Origin: Ruditapes philippinarum
Taxonomy: Eukaryota
Length of the DNA stretch: 64,000 nucleotides
Direction: 5' to 3'
NCBI RefSeq assembly: GCF_026571515.1
Contig: NW_026866822.1
Location: forward strand, 62,001 to 126,000
The position numbers and the translations under genes are program-made. The first letter of the stretch is position 1. Every line of letters starts with the position of its first letter. Shown piece by piece: positions 24,101 to 38,512 of this stretch. The notes beneath the pieces are model-generated. The model did no database searches and was not told the origin of the DNA. It worked only from the letters and a program-made list of their open reading frames with translations.

Positions 24101-27100
24101 CCCTGCTTTGAATTTTGAATGGTTTATTCGAATGTTATTTAAATGATTTCGATAAGAAAGATACAAAAATAAGCTACCAACAGTAAAGATTCTCGTCAGA
24201 CTGTACAGATTGGTAGGATAGCAAGGGCAAAGACGGTTTACTTTACTTCCATCAGGTTTAGGGTTAAGTTTAATTTTGTGTTATATAACTTTGTGCAAAT
24301 CTGACTAAGTTCGTAGTCTTCCGTGTCTTACACAGAACAGGTAACGGTTCGATATCATATGATTTTGTTTATTATCCTTAAAGACAGTTAGGTTGAAATT
24401 AAATATACTCTCAAAATTAAATCCGAAAATGAGTTACACTTTGTCCATGTTACATTACAACCGTTACTGGTTACAAGTAACCACCTATTACCGTGTCATG
24501 TACTATCACCTTTATAAACGCTAGCTAATAGTTTGTTAGATTTCACAAGAAATCCAAAGTACTTACATATCCTTCTTCCTTCAAAAATATAGAAACATGA
24601 AGATTTTAAAATGATATATATGTTCACGTATACAATAAGGTATGTTTTACCACGTGCTTCTTTACAGAAAGTATTAACTTTCATTCATATTATAACATCT
24701 ATAATATTTGACCATGCCACTTGGAAATTAAACATTCACTCAATATATTAACATGAATTATTTTAGACTTGACCAAATTATTTCGCATTGTTACTTGACC
24801 CTTGGACCTTTACCTAAAATTCGGACAGGCACATACTAGGGCACGTGTTTGGATAAGATTGAGGTTACTGATCAACTCACCGGTCGTCCTTGAACTCTTT
24901 GTGTGTTCGTTTTGGTTCAGCCAGGACTTCCAACCTTCCTGAGGCGCCACTTTCCTTTCCTTCATTCTGTACTCTCCAAATAACTGAAGATCTTCCACAA
25001 CTGTAGAAGAACTGTGATCTGAAATATTAAATGGTTAATATAAGATATGCCTGTTGTTGTTTCTTATTTTTTCTGTACATTTGGAAGACCTTATTTTGAA
25101 AATGTTTGATAAAGTAATATACATTACTTTCGTTGAGTCTTACCCTTGTCTATTTCTAATAAAAGATTCAAATACAAGAAAATAATTATTATGACAAACA
25201 ACAATATAAGACGATCGTGCTTGTCTTCGTACAAATAAAAATCGGGTGTTTACACAATATAGTCTTATAATTCATGTACTTTTGAGATTGAAAAAAAAAG
25301 AATTTGAAACGGAACAAAAGTCCATTAGGATTGTATTGTTAGAATAACAAACCTGTTAACTTTATCTCCTTTCATAAAATTGACTTTGGGTAGTGCTAAA
25401 AGATCTAGACGCTCCGTTGAACCTCTTTCTAAAGTTTCTTTCTTTATAGGCCATATCATTTCTTGGGTTCCCCATCGTAGATGTGGCCTGAAAATTTGTA
25501 AACATTCAACTTTTATCTGCAATAATTTGATTATGGCATATAATTCCATAATAATTGTTAGTTAGGTGTCCCAATTAAAGTGTAACTATAGTACTAGTAT
25601 AATGTATAATGGATTGAACGTGAATATAAAAACAACTTTACGTGCACTGATTTATATCAATACATGTAGAGCGGATGTTGTATTCTTCAGTAAATATAAA
25701 GAGTCCATTGTGTCAGTTTATAATATGTTGAGAAAATGTAATTCGCAGTATGAACATATGAGTAACAAGTATAAAACATAGTTGTCTCTATTTAGAAGTA
25801 GATTTTTTATAGAGAAACTCGCCGTGACATTAAACGAAGAGGTGGGTGTAGTTTGTTGTCATATATTCGTCTTGGCTAGCGACAGCACGCCACACGAAGA
25901 GAGTTGGGTTTATTGACATATTTGGAAACGTTACGTTAGGATTACTTACCCAACACTTGTGTACCATTCTGTTTTAGGTTCTTTTGGTTGTGATAATTGA
26001 AGTAATCGTTCTCTGTAAGGAAAACATAATTGCAATGTTATCAATCATAATTCAAAATTAGATTTGTAAAACCAAACAATGAATTTGTTTTTATTAAACA
26101 TCGGAAAACCTAAAACATGTTTAACCAGACATAATCATTCATGCTACAGGTTCATTCTAGTAAAACTTATTTTAAACGAGTTTGCTTGCATAAATTATAT
26201 GACAAAGTTATGCTGAAAAAGAAAATAGTCTCTTGTGTACAAGGAAATGCCGTTTAACATAATCATACTAATCTGATTACTTTCCTATAATTATGATTGA
26301 ATCTACCACAATTAAATGAGTCCAAGACGTTGTTACGCAATCTGTTATAACAAATGCAGTTTCATCACAAGCCATCTCTATAAAGTCAAATTTCCGGACA
26401 CAAGACAATGTATTTGAAACATTAACTACCTCCTTCTAAATTGGAAATATGTTATCTTAACCGGTAAATTAAAATATAAGAAAAAGATTAAAAAAAAAGA
26501 TAATCTAGAAATAACACTAAATAGAAATGTCAGACACAATATTTGCTTCATAAATAAACTAATTCTTAAACATTTTTTTTCTGACATCTGAAACTGAATC
26601 ATTTCTGAGGTAGAAGAACAACTTTCAAACCACTGATAACCACTGACTGATATGTTTGGTCGTGTCGTTTGTCTTGGTAAGGCAAAATACATAGCCTAAT
26701 AAAGTACGAAACCTGACTTACAATTTCCCCTGTGCTTCTTTCGTTTTAAATCTCCAATGATTAAGATTGATTGGAAAGTCATCGACTTTCTTAGTAGTTT
26801 CAACGTCCGTAAGAACACACTTTTTATGATATCTAGAATTGATTTGCGAGTGTCTAGTAAATGTTGTATGTTTAGAGGCCGCTATTGCAGCCATTTTTGC
26901 GCCAAATCAATATAACCTTAATCCAAAATGTGAACTCCAGAAAAACTAATGATCCCTTTTCACCAGAAATGTGCAGAAAGGTAAAAGAAATTAAAATCAA
27001 CACAAAACTTGACCTTATACACCAGTATCATTCAGTACAGAGGATTGCTAAAGTTGCAAATACGTGATTTGTATTTAAAGAAAACAATTTTTTCGCATGT

Positions 27101-30100
27101 AATCCGGTCTTGTAGTTATGCAGACTTTTGTTTGACGGATTAACACCTGGATTAATAGTTTATCCTGATATATGTTCTCGTCTCGTATATAGACCTTTGT
27201 GAAGTTGTGTAGATAAATATAAGAAGAAAAAAGTTCATTTCCGAATGCATGCTTGGTCCAAAAGTAGACACAATCATATCAAGAAAGAATAAATAATGCA
27301 GACATATTCTTTTTTAATTTATTTTCACTATATAAACATATTCTCCTATAATTTATTTCTGGCCTTTGTTAAGATAAGAATATTTGTTCACTACTTTATC
27401 ATTTCTTCTTATTTATTTATTATACTCGTGCATATATAGCGCCACGTGATTATGTCTTATTACTTCATTGCTTATATGGAACAAAGGCCTGTCAAAATTC
27501 ATTTCATATACTATTATCATTGATATTAGAGAAACTAGAATGATTATACGTCCATTACAATAACATTTAATTAGTGTATAACTTTTAAAACAAATAATTG
27601 TCTACACGTATATAGATGGTCAGGGATAGATTGAAATTCATACTGGGGCTTACTTAAGTCGGAAATAATCATGCTTTGGGAATAATATTTCTGTTTCATT
27701 ATTAAATATCGTATACACGATGTGTTTCCTGACTTTCAATCACAATGCATATTTTAACATAAATGACTTGGAACTAATGAAAAAGACCATTTTAATATCT
27801 TTTTTCTTGGTTTGTCAGATGTTGATTATAGAAACTGACAGAATATTCCTCGGTTAACTACCTGCTACATGCATTTCTATTGTAATCATTATGTCGGCTT
27901 CTTCATAATCTAGCCCATTATCTGAACCACGCAGAGCTGCAGTGGCGATTTTGTAATAAAGTTGACATTTTGTAAAGAAAATAAACTAAAAGAAAAACAA
28001 CAAAACAAACCAACAAAAACACAAAAAGCCTGGCTATTCTACAATGTACATTCTGACTATCATTAAAGAACGTTATTTCTGGCGAATATTTAGATTTTAT
28101 TGGACAAAGTCAGGAAATATAGCCAATCATTGACTCACTATAAGTTATATTCTTTATCACTTTGTTTATAAGGTAATGAGGGGTGTTTTTTCTTCAGTTA
28201 AGTATCTTTAAGAAGAGACTTTATCCCATGTTTTCTCAAATTAAACCGTTATTCATAATTTATATAAGTTGTTCTTTTGAAGGGGTCGTGCTGACTTGCC
28301 AACCAAAAATTCTGCTGCACAAAATCTCAACCGTATGGTTGTTTGAATCTTAGTAGGGGATCTTGTCTATGATTACAGTTGTATTACAGTTGTTCTAATG
28401 AATGACGTATTGACATGCTAAGTATTAACACTGATTTGATTTAATAAAACATACACACGATCTTGATTAAATCAATCATTATTGAAAGATCTATCGATAT
28501 TTAAATACCGTATTGCTGATTATATTTAATAAATATTAGTTTATGAAATATAAGCGCTTGCAAGGTTTTGTCTCGAGGATTATTTCGCACGGATTAAGAT
28601 GTTTGGCTTGGTTAGAAATACAAGATATACTATTTAGTCTAAATATAAAACTTATAAAATAGTCGATTTATACTAATGCAGATTTAGTCATAGCAAACTC
28701 GGAAGATGCAAATTTACAAATTACTTCATGCAGCTAACTGAGAATATAGAAATAAATAGGGGCCTTTAACAACCCCATGTGATCATATAGTTTCTATTGA
28801 CATGGAATGGATGACGTGGTGTTAAAGTCGAACGAACTGATCGAGGTTGTGCAACCTCTTGTAATTCCTATTTAAGATTAGTAGTTAAGGTTCATTTCAT
28901 TCAAATGTGTTCGGTTTCGTGACTGGAAGTTGTAACATAAAATTAATATTCCCGCATTGTATTTGTATTCGAAAAGAAAATATTTAATCTGTAATTCGAA
29001 TCATCGTTTATTTGTTCTGCACTTGACAAAAAATAGAAAAAAACCTTAAGGGAATGCATGTTTCCGACAGACAAACTTGATTGTATGAAATTGATTTTAG
29101 ATAATCTGTGCCGCGGCGCGTTATGTCTCAAAGAGAGTATCTGGTCTATATTTTGTCTAGAAAGTGCATTTCCAAACCAATGTGTAACAAATGGTGCAAA
29201 TTTGTACCTTGTTGGTGACGACGCATACATCGACTTTGACCTTTCTAGTGACCTGGATCTCCTTATAGTTATTTAAAGAACAATATTTAATACATGCAAT
29301 CTGTATAACCTTTATGAAATTGGAACAAATGCAATTCAATGAAATATTGCATAAGTATGAAAGGCTGTTTATAGTACACATTTGTTGTAGCATGTGAAGC
29401 TTGTGTCAGTTTTGAACACCATATCTTGAGAAAAGTACGTAATTTTCACTTATGAACCTGTCAGTATTTAATTACAAGTTTGGGCACTAAGTTTTCAAAA
29501 GATTGTTCCCGATACAGGAGGGAAGTTAAAAGACAGAATGTTCTAGAGTCTTGTAAAAATGACGGCATTTTTTTCTCATTGAAGATTACTAATATTTTCT
29601 AATGTAAAAAATTGCCCATTGCTTTTAAGTGATTTTTTTACTGAAAATAAAAGAAAATAGAAAAAAGAAATCAAGAGGCAGGGAAAACAAAGAAAAAATG
29701 TGTTGACTGATGTGAAATGCAGTGTGTCTTTAGTAAAATGCATTTCCATCAAATGAGTAAAGCTGAAAAAGATAAATTACTTTCTAAGTTCAAGAGTATC
29801 GCAAGAAGTAGGTATAATTGGATATCAAGGTAAAAAAGTCTATTATAACAGAAATATGCTTAAAAGAAACATAAAACGTTGGTCTTACCTGCCGGATTCT
29901 CGGATACGCTCAAATTCGGCTGAAAAGGAAAACACAGTTAATAAGCTTGCTGTATTTTAATGTGAGGTAAACAACGTTGGCATCGACAGACACATTGAAA
30001 TTTACAAATTATCTTTCTCTATCAAATTTAACCAGCAAATCTCTACAATACTAACAAAAATGTTGACAAATTAGTGCAGAAACGGGTTAAGTCTTTCTGA

Positions 30101-33100
30101 ATTCAATAGGAGTTAAAAGTTTATTGCACTAAGGTGACAAACAAAAAAAAGTTATATTCGTAAATTGTTTATATTTACATATCAATTAAATAGAATTGCA
30201 CTAAATGGAATGAATGACGGAAACAGTGTATATGTAAAAGAAAACGACTGGAAATCCACACGAATGTTTCAAATTGTATGAAAGAAAAACAATAGGGTGA
30301 TTTAGTGAATGTAGGAAGAAGATCAGAACTCGACCGTGAAAAAAATCGTGCACAGATTAATTTGATAAGCTAACAATGATATAAGAAGCATTTCTATATA
30401 TTTTGTGCTGATGATACTGATGATAACAAATATCTTTGTTTAAAGCATTTTAGCTCGACTTTTTTTTTTTGAAAAATAAAATAAATAAAAAATAGAGGTA
30501 TTGTTACAATTATGGCGGCGTCCCCGTTGCTGTTGCCGTTTGGAAACTTGAACCTTGGTCATAACTGTTTACGTTCTTGATAAATTGTCTTCATACACAG
30601 CCCTTACGACAAGACCTTCAAGTAGACCAGACTAAACTTGACCTTCATTGATAAATGACCTTGACCTTCAAAGCTTAATGTCTAAATTTTACTTGCCTTT
30701 TGCTGATTTTTGCTATAAGAGACTATAGCTTTGTTGTTTTTGAATGGATTGTCTTCAACCTTAACACAACAATCTTCTAGTATAGTCCGTCAAGTTAATC
30801 AGACAGACATTGACCATCAATCATAAATGACCTTGACCTTGAATGTCAACTTAATGATTTTTTTCTGTAACTGGCTATAACTTTGTTATTAATGAATAGA
30901 TTGACTTCATATTAAGACACAACAATCTTTATGATAAAGCCACCATGAATACCAAGCTCAAAATTGACCTTGAATGTTAAATTATTGAACATTCAGTGAT
31001 TTTGGCTATAATTGACGAAATCATATTTTGGACAAGACCTTTTGAAATGTTGAACTGACCTTGACCATGAGCTTAAAATGACATTGACCGTCAAGGTCAG
31101 ATTGAATTTTGATTAAAATGTCACACTTTTTTTCATGCACGGATTTGATTTATACTTTGGCAAAACAAGATTTGTGGACCATGTGCCCACTTTTAGATGT
31201 AAAATTGAACTTTGCTGACTTAGATAATTTGATAGTGGCCTTTGTAGTGAAGTTTGGACAATGCGCAGTTTTAGTGGAAAATTGATCTTTGATTTCAAAC
31301 GACCTAGATGAAGTAACCCACTTTCTTGTACCCTGAACTTAATTTCAGATGTAAAATTACTGATAATTGAACATTTATGGTAATGATTTACACTTGGACA
31401 AAACAACAACTGTAACTAGATATCTACCTACTGAAATATTAAAAAAGGAACTAGTTTATTTTTCTTTCATTTTCCTTTTAACTATTTGTTACAAACTTTT
31501 GTTTGCTTTTAGAAAAAGTAAAAAAGTCGAGCGTTGCCCTGCCCGGTGGTGGCTCTTGTTTTATGAAACAGCAGTAATGAGTCCAAAACTTACAAGAATA
31601 ACAGAAACGTATAATTAAAGGATGATGATTAAAGTACACATTGCAGATATATATACATTACAATCACCAGACAAAAGTTTGTGCGCAGCAACTTACCACT
31701 CTTACGTGGTGACAAAAGGTCATCCTCGCGAGTTGGTTCACGAGACCGAAATGGTACCTCTACATATAATAAGATACTTTCTTTAACAAATCTCTATAAT
31801 TATGCTCAATTATGCACACATGAACAGACTTATAAACTTCTGTTCGCAATGACATGATATTAAAAAAACATGAATTTTTAAATCTGCTTAGTTAATATGT
31901 ATATATGATTATTATCATGGGCTACATGTGTTACCTTAAAAGTGTGGAATTGCTTTTGCTGTTTGTTTGATACCTGATAGTAAATCTCTTCTTGTGTTTC
32001 CCCCACAGACAAATTTTCACAAACAACGGCAATGCTTTTAAAGTACATGTACGTGTATTTATAATAGCTTTTACTGAATTTAGTATATTGAATGAAATGC
32101 GTTAGTGGAGAAACCGTGTAGCTGAAAAAAATGTAAAACTACACAAATTATGTAAAGTTCCATGCTATAAGGTAACAAAATAATATAATTATGGATACAA
32201 TGTTTCTTGTTATATCATACAAAGTAAGTAACCACGTGATCAGGTATTATATAACACTTCAATAGGAAGCACTGTAAAATACTTTAATTGGTAGGTAATT
32301 TAGTTTCAGTGAATATTGTTGGTAACAAACATCTGGAAAATAAATATCACAAAACAAGTGAAGATTGTGTTTTTAGTATAAAATAGTACCTCTGTATTCT
32401 GAAAATATAGAATTTAAATGGTTTATAAAGTAAGTACTTTAACCTGTATTTCATAAATCACCAGTAAAAAGCCAGGTCAGCTTGCTCACCCACGCATTCT
32501 GACCAGACTCTTTACTGGCAGGTTGATTTATATATTTTTTTAATAGAATCGTTGTGTTTGACATGAACTGCGTCGTTTTAAAACTTAACCTGTACACGCC
32601 AGAAATATTTGTGGTCAAAAATAACGTTTTCAAAGCATCACAACAAAATTATTTACATCTTGTACATCCGAGTATTACTTAGAACAAGTACTTTTAGAGT
32701 TGACTAGTAACTGTTTTGTGGTTGGTCGATATCGATATTGACTCATTTATTCGCCTAAATAATAAAACATCCCTTGATACATTATTGATCACGTGAGTGT
32801 AATAAAACAGTTAATGATCAGTAATCCTTGTTTTATAAAGCACTGAATTGTTAGATTAACGTCATGTATGTTTATTAGGGTACGTGCACAATAACACATT
32901 CATCGGTTTAAATATGCATGTATATTGCAACGCTATGGACCTGGTATACGTATAAAATGTGTCAGTGAAAAAACATTATATAAACCACGTATAGAAACCA
33001 CATATATAAATCACGTGTATAAACCACGTATGGTAAACCACGTATATAAATCATGTGTATAAACAACGTATATGAACCACGTGTATAAATCACGTATTTA

Positions 33101-36100
33101 AACCACATATAATTCAATGAAAAAAAAATCCTAGTAACCGCAGTTAACTATCAGGACTGGTCACTGAAAGACTCACGAGTAAAAACATACCAGGATGCGT
33201 ATACTGTCTGTCGTATGTACATAATGTTGGACTTAAGACTTAATGTGGAAATTAAAATATTTATGCAGACAAGGAAAATTTTGATACACATTTCTATGAA
33301 TGAATGTTGGTGCAACATAACGGTTATAATGAAAACAGCACTGTTGAAGCTGATATCTTGATTGATAATACATACTGTTAGAAATCATTTCGTCGGATAT
33401 AAATTTGCTGTGTTTTAATATTGGCATTGATGGATAGGTGTGTTTCATGCAAATGCAAATGAAACTAAACCGAGATTTTAGTCTTTTAATGACACATAGA
33501 TTTTGCATGATTACTTTGTATGAATTTGCTAAGTCTAATAATTGGCTCTAAATTATTAAAAGGTCAAAGAATGGGCATACTTATACCGAAAAGACGTTTT
33601 AAACCAATCATTAGAATTTCTTATTCCAATTTTCTGCTCTGCTTTGTGAAAAAGTATTTTTTCACGGTGGACTAAATTGGTTTTCATTTAAAGAACCGAT
33701 AAGTTATTCAAAATATATATGTTTATATCTTTCATTCCTTTTGAACTTTTAAATAGATGTTGACTTTAATAAGTATAAAAATCGGAAAGCAATCGTACTT
33801 ATTTTCACTTTTAAGTAGTTTTCTTTCACGACGCTAAAATAAAATCCTTTATTATTGTAATTTTAAATTCAAGTTCACGTACATTAATACAGGGTTGATA
33901 AAGTTTGGATAGGGCGTTAGAGAAATGAACTACAGGTTCTTGCAGGTTAATTGTTACGTGCGCCCCTGATTGTTTGTTAACTTTCAATATTTTATAAATA
34001 AAGTACAATAACGGCTAGACGCTATTGAATTTATTCATTGATTTATATAAACGTCTGGCTGACAATGAATTAGAAGGTCTTCTTTTTTCATTGAAAGGCA
34101 TATAATTCGCCATTTAATACCATTTTATTTTTTTATTATTTCGGGACAAATAGATACAAGGCCTGTATTATTCATTATTCATAAATTCGTTTTTGAATAT
34201 AATATATAATAGTATATGCTCCTGTTGCTAGTAAATTGTGTGCTAGAATGTTGTATATGCTTACTGGCAGATTCATTAAAAAACTCTTACGAACTTAGTA
34301 AAACTATACAATTGATACGGATGTATATTAGAATTTTCATAGCTACAATATTCCACTGTAATGTGTTAAAAAAGACGAGCTTGAAAAAAGATAGAAAATA
34401 ATGAAAAAGAAAAGACTAACGTAGCTTTTTATAGTGCCCATTTGATTTGATTATCTAAAAATTTAACAAATGCTAGACTGACACTTAGTTATTATAGAAA
34501 TGCAAGATATTTTCGTAAACCTGGTGGAAAGTATTCGTTGTATTTTAACCTTTTCCTTGTAGAATCATTTTTCAAAATATAAACATTCGAAAATATGTGA
34601 AATATAATTCACATACATTATTCATATCATATTCAAATGTTTTAAAATTGCGGTACGGTTTTTGTATTTATTTGAAACAATTTTGCCATAGGAAAGGAGC
34701 TTATGCTCTGTGATTGCCTACAATGTACACAATCAACCGCTATATATGGATTCAAACGGACATAAATTCTAAATACTATCCATTTCTCTTCATTAAAGCA
34801 AATCATGCTAAATGAAACGAAGTAAGATACCAGCTCACGTAAATGAAAGATAGGATTTTTTTGTCAATTTTAATCTGTTACATTTTCTACGCGATCACTT
34901 ACGACTCTATGTTTCGATCGCGTTTTAAATGATTACTGTCAATTTATGGGCTGAATATATTCAAGTTTATTGCATTGTACATATATATCGCATTCTTATA
35001 CATACGGTCACACTATACCTAGTGATATCATAAATGTTAACACAACCTGTAAGTGTAAGAATATCTTTATCTTAGGTAGCAGAGTATGTCTGCCAAAATA
35101 TGTTAGGCTGTCTTTATATAGCAATTACTTTAATCCGTACCATGCTAAATATCTACAATATTCTTACTCATCGATCTGGACAAAATCATCTATCAATTTC
35201 TAGCGAAGTTTTCAAAATATTTACTGACTGAATAGAGAACAGTGCAGACCATGTTCGCACGGATATGCTGGATGATTTAGGTCTGCGCGAGTTGTTATCG
35301 CCATTTGGCTAAATGTCAATGAATACTTTATGAAAAGCAGGCAGTTTTTTTAATTTAGGGGGAAAAGTGAAAAAAGCAGTATTTGAGACACGAAAATTTT
35401 TAAAGGGTTTCGATTTGCTTATATTTTGAATTTTTGATTATTATTACAGTTTTGAAAAAAAAATTTCAGCGTAGACATTAATCAGCTGCGTACAACCCCA
35501 AAGGGGTCTTTTTAAATAGCTTTTGACTGTTTTTAAACACTTTACCAAAATGGCCCATTATTGCACATTTTTTTAAAATGGTTTCTTAATGTTTTTACAC
35601 AAGTTTAATAAATCTCACATGAAAACAAAAACCCTTTAATTTTTTGATATGATATTTTTAAAAAAACGGAAAAAAACGTTTTAAATGAAATTTCCTTTTA
35701 AAAGGGCTTACATCCCTCCAAATGCCCCAAAATTTTCAAAAAAAATAAAACTTGAGAAAAATGTACTTAGATGTAAGGAAAAGTAAAAAAGTATCAAGAT
35801 TCAAGTAATATTTAAATATTATGTGCGGTCAATGACACTTTTTTTTAGTATGTACAACTATATTTCTACTGCATTACTAACGCAGTAAAGGCTATTTATG
35901 CATCTTTTGACCACTTTTTGGTAATTTACGTGGTTTGTAAGTGCCATTAATAAAGAGTAAATTGCTTCCTTTTGGTTACTTCACAATATCACATTCAAAT
36001 ACAATTTCAAAATTTTCATGAAAATTATCATGAATCTGGAGGCATGCTGCTTTAAAGTAAGCCATCTTTGGACAATGTCATTGGATGTTAGCAGGGTTGC

Positions 36101-37875
36101 TTAACCTGATATAAATTATAAATGTATGTAAAGGTAATAACTTGGTAAAGTACATTTTGTAATTTTGATGTATGTTTTACATTAATTATATAAGTGACTT
36201 AATATTTAACTATTATGCTGTAATGGTGTTAGATCTTTGTATTTATAAACGCGACAAACTTACTGCGTTGCACTATGATTGAACCTGATTTCTGGGTTTA
36301 AACGTGTGCTATATACATTGTATGTATTGTACATGATGAATAATGTAATATGCAAGAACTATAATTTATTAATGTTTCTATATAAGGTTATATATTCATG
36401 TGATATTGATACACGTTTTATTACAATTATATAGAGACCCGATTTATTAGGTTTAAAGACCAAACTAAGGTCAGAGATTTCACAGTTACTACTAGGATCT
36501 CAGACTAAACGGACTATGTATACCAACTTCGCAGTTTTTAACAGTTTCAAGTGTTGATAGAAATCGAGGGTTCTATGATTACATAATTTTGCAATACCAT
36601 ATTTAGTTAATTAAGCAATGCTTACTAACAGTTATAAGTTGTTTTCATTAAAGGCCCATTGTGCCTCAGAAATGCTGCTTTCATTTTTATTTCATAAAGG
36701 TTTTTTTATTTTTGGTGTACTTCTATAGTTTCAAAAAGGTTGCTCATCGGCCCAACAATCCGTTTCTTCTGTTGCTTTTTGGCAATGGGTACAGTTACAG
36801 TATTAAGTGAGTACGTATTTGTATGGAAGTCAAAATACTTCTACGCTTACATTTTGCTGCTTTTATGACAAATAATTTCTGCTTTGTTCCTCAGGGAACA
36901 AGCATCTAAAATGTTCTAAAACCATTATTTAAACGGTCTACCCTTTCTAAAGAAGTAAACAAAATCGTTACTGAGACATAATGTGAAGATTTTGGTTAAT
37001 AAGGAGCCAATTTTGAAGAAAATCTCCACAACCTTTTTTCATACCCTTTTTGTCTTACAGAACCTTGTGTCGTTTATCAGTTTATAAGCAGGTTATCTCT
37101 GTGTGATTACGTATGTGCTTGGATTATCATTTATGTATATATTATCAATTTTAATGACTTAATTTACTTATTTGTACAACAACAAACTTTACGTATTTGC
37201 CTCCTAGTCATAATCAGATTTGATTGCTTTGCAGTATCATGTAGATGTATATAAAATATGTAAAATTAAGGGAACATTTTTTACTTTAATAGCCGAAACA
37301 TAAAATTATGCGCAAGAAAGATAAAAGCAAAACTCTATAGATATTAGTTCAGGTTAGTTGCATTTTGCTGCTAAATATTATCGCATTTGTTAATAAAAAT
37401 GTAAGAAATTAAATGTATTTTTTCATTGATATTTTAAATTAAATCAATGTAGAACAGATTCGTTCAAAAGTTGATACAAAAATCAAATCTCGTAAATTTG
37501 TTTAGTTCTACATTGAATCACTTGATAAACGATTATTTGTCGCTTTGAAGATATAATTTATCACCAACATGGCGTTATTGTTTAAATTCTAAACCTTTAA
37601 ATGGATTTTCTTTCAGCCAAAGAAGGTTTATTGTTAATCGTTGAAACGTTGTCAAAAGATAAGCCTAGATTACAATGGCTCGGTCTAATAACCTATGTAT
37701 ATTGTGTGTAATAATTCAATAAGTTTATATAATATTATATTACTTTTCGTTGTTAATGATAATTTAAACTGAAATAAATATATTTTTTAAAAATTAAAAT
37801 TTAAAGTGAGAATGAGTAAAAATGCATTATGATCTACACATTAAAAAATGTATATATACCTTGAACAGTAGCCAT
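21103..37875 (-). CDS. Testicular haploid expressed gene (THEG/SPMAP2)-like repeat protein, ~348 aa; exons 37875-37860, 31759-31697, 29919-29889, 29261-29208, 26012-25950, 25487-25353, 25018-24881, 22278-22023, 21393-21103
   Basis: All junctions GT-AG and phase-compatible. About 7 repeats of W.V...A....S.R...LA.PK (ERLLQLSQPK, STERLDLLALPK, ASGRLEVLAEPK, ASERIMSLSTPK, ATSRCLELARPK, SSSRIEELSKP), typical THEG repeats; SCGRSSVIW / SCGRPSPIL motif. The four small 5' exons are less certain than the five 3' exons. Confidence 0.85.
21577..21800 (+). mobile_element. 5'-truncated SINE (12531 family)
   Basis: B box GGTTCGATCC, body AAGCTATCCAC..GCTTACGGAACGTCGATGGTTCTACTCAGGTGCC, 3' GACGTAAAACC. Confidence 0.75.
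23589..23898 (+). mobile_element. Intact tRNA-derived SINE of a second family (Meta-domain-like body) with 13-bp TSD
   Basis: tRNA head TAGTTCAATAGGTAGAGC...GGGTTCGATTTCC; body TTGATCATGAAATCCTTTCTACGGTCATTC; (CAC)n tail; TSD ATTGTAAATGTCG at 23576-23588 and 23899-23911. Confidence 0.88.
24066..24267. mobile_element. Degenerate piggyBac-like MITE
   Basis: CCCTTAACCTGCTGA ... ATCAGGTTTAGGG followed by TTAA; related remnant near 35128-35300. Confidence 0.4.
30448..31560 (+). mobile_element. Degenerate HINE-like element in a THEG-like intron
   Basis: TTTTAGCTCGACT ... AGTCGAGCG subterminal IR, TGACCTTGACCTT units, 3' GC-rich hairpin and CTTGTT. Confidence 0.65.
32976..33110. repeat. ~14-bp minisatellite (TAAACCACGTATA variants), ~9 copies
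   Basis: Direct inspection. Confidence 0.75.
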
Positions 37876-37994
37876 TTTCCGTTGTCGTTTTTGATAAAAT
37901 ATCCAATTGTACTGTTTGTAAGTGTTATCCGATTAGAAGTTTAGACGAGGTGTTGTATACGGGTATTGATATTTTTTTTCATTCAGAAAATCAC

Positions 37995-38085
37995 ATGATT
38001 CCGTGCCGAACAGTTGGTCGTTTTAAAACGCCGCGTTGTATCTATGCAACGCGCCTCGTAACCGCGCCGGTCACGTGACGCGCTA
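37995..38085. promoter_or_regulatory. CpG-rich probable bidirectional promoter with X-box-like and GTCACGTGAC motifs
   Basis: Local CpG cluster 120-210 bp upstream of the THEG-like ATG; GTATCTATGCAAC at 38038-38050; palindrome GTCACGTGAC at 38070-38079. Confidence 0.5.
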
Positions 38086-38512
38086 TTGTTTTCAGTGAAA
38101 GTGTTAAGCGTTGTTAATTTTCATTTCATTTATTCATTTATTTGTTATAAAATACACATGTAAAGTCTATGTTACATGTTCGGTTATAACAAAATAATTC
38201 GACAATTTAAATGTATTTCCTTATATCTACGGGTAATTTAATCGATCAGGGTTTCAATGCATTTTTTGCGCTTACAAATGTTTTATTGCGACTCGACAAC
38301 GGTTAAACAATAAAGTATTCGTGAAATAACAAATGTAAAGTAATGACTGGTTTTATTGCATTGCATACTCTTTTCTCTCATTTGTTTGAAGTGTGTATTA
38401 TTTATTCTTAGATAACGGTAAATGTAAAATTGACGTTCTTGAGTTTAATCAATGAAGAAATTCAAACCGCCTTATCCGACTCATTAAACATTTCGTTTAT
38501 GCTTTCCTTTTT

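Noticed and set aside
26716-27970. Exon-like segments in the THEG-like intron (26722-26830, 27862-27970)
   Set aside because: Donor-like sites exist but no compatible acceptor or frame without stops.
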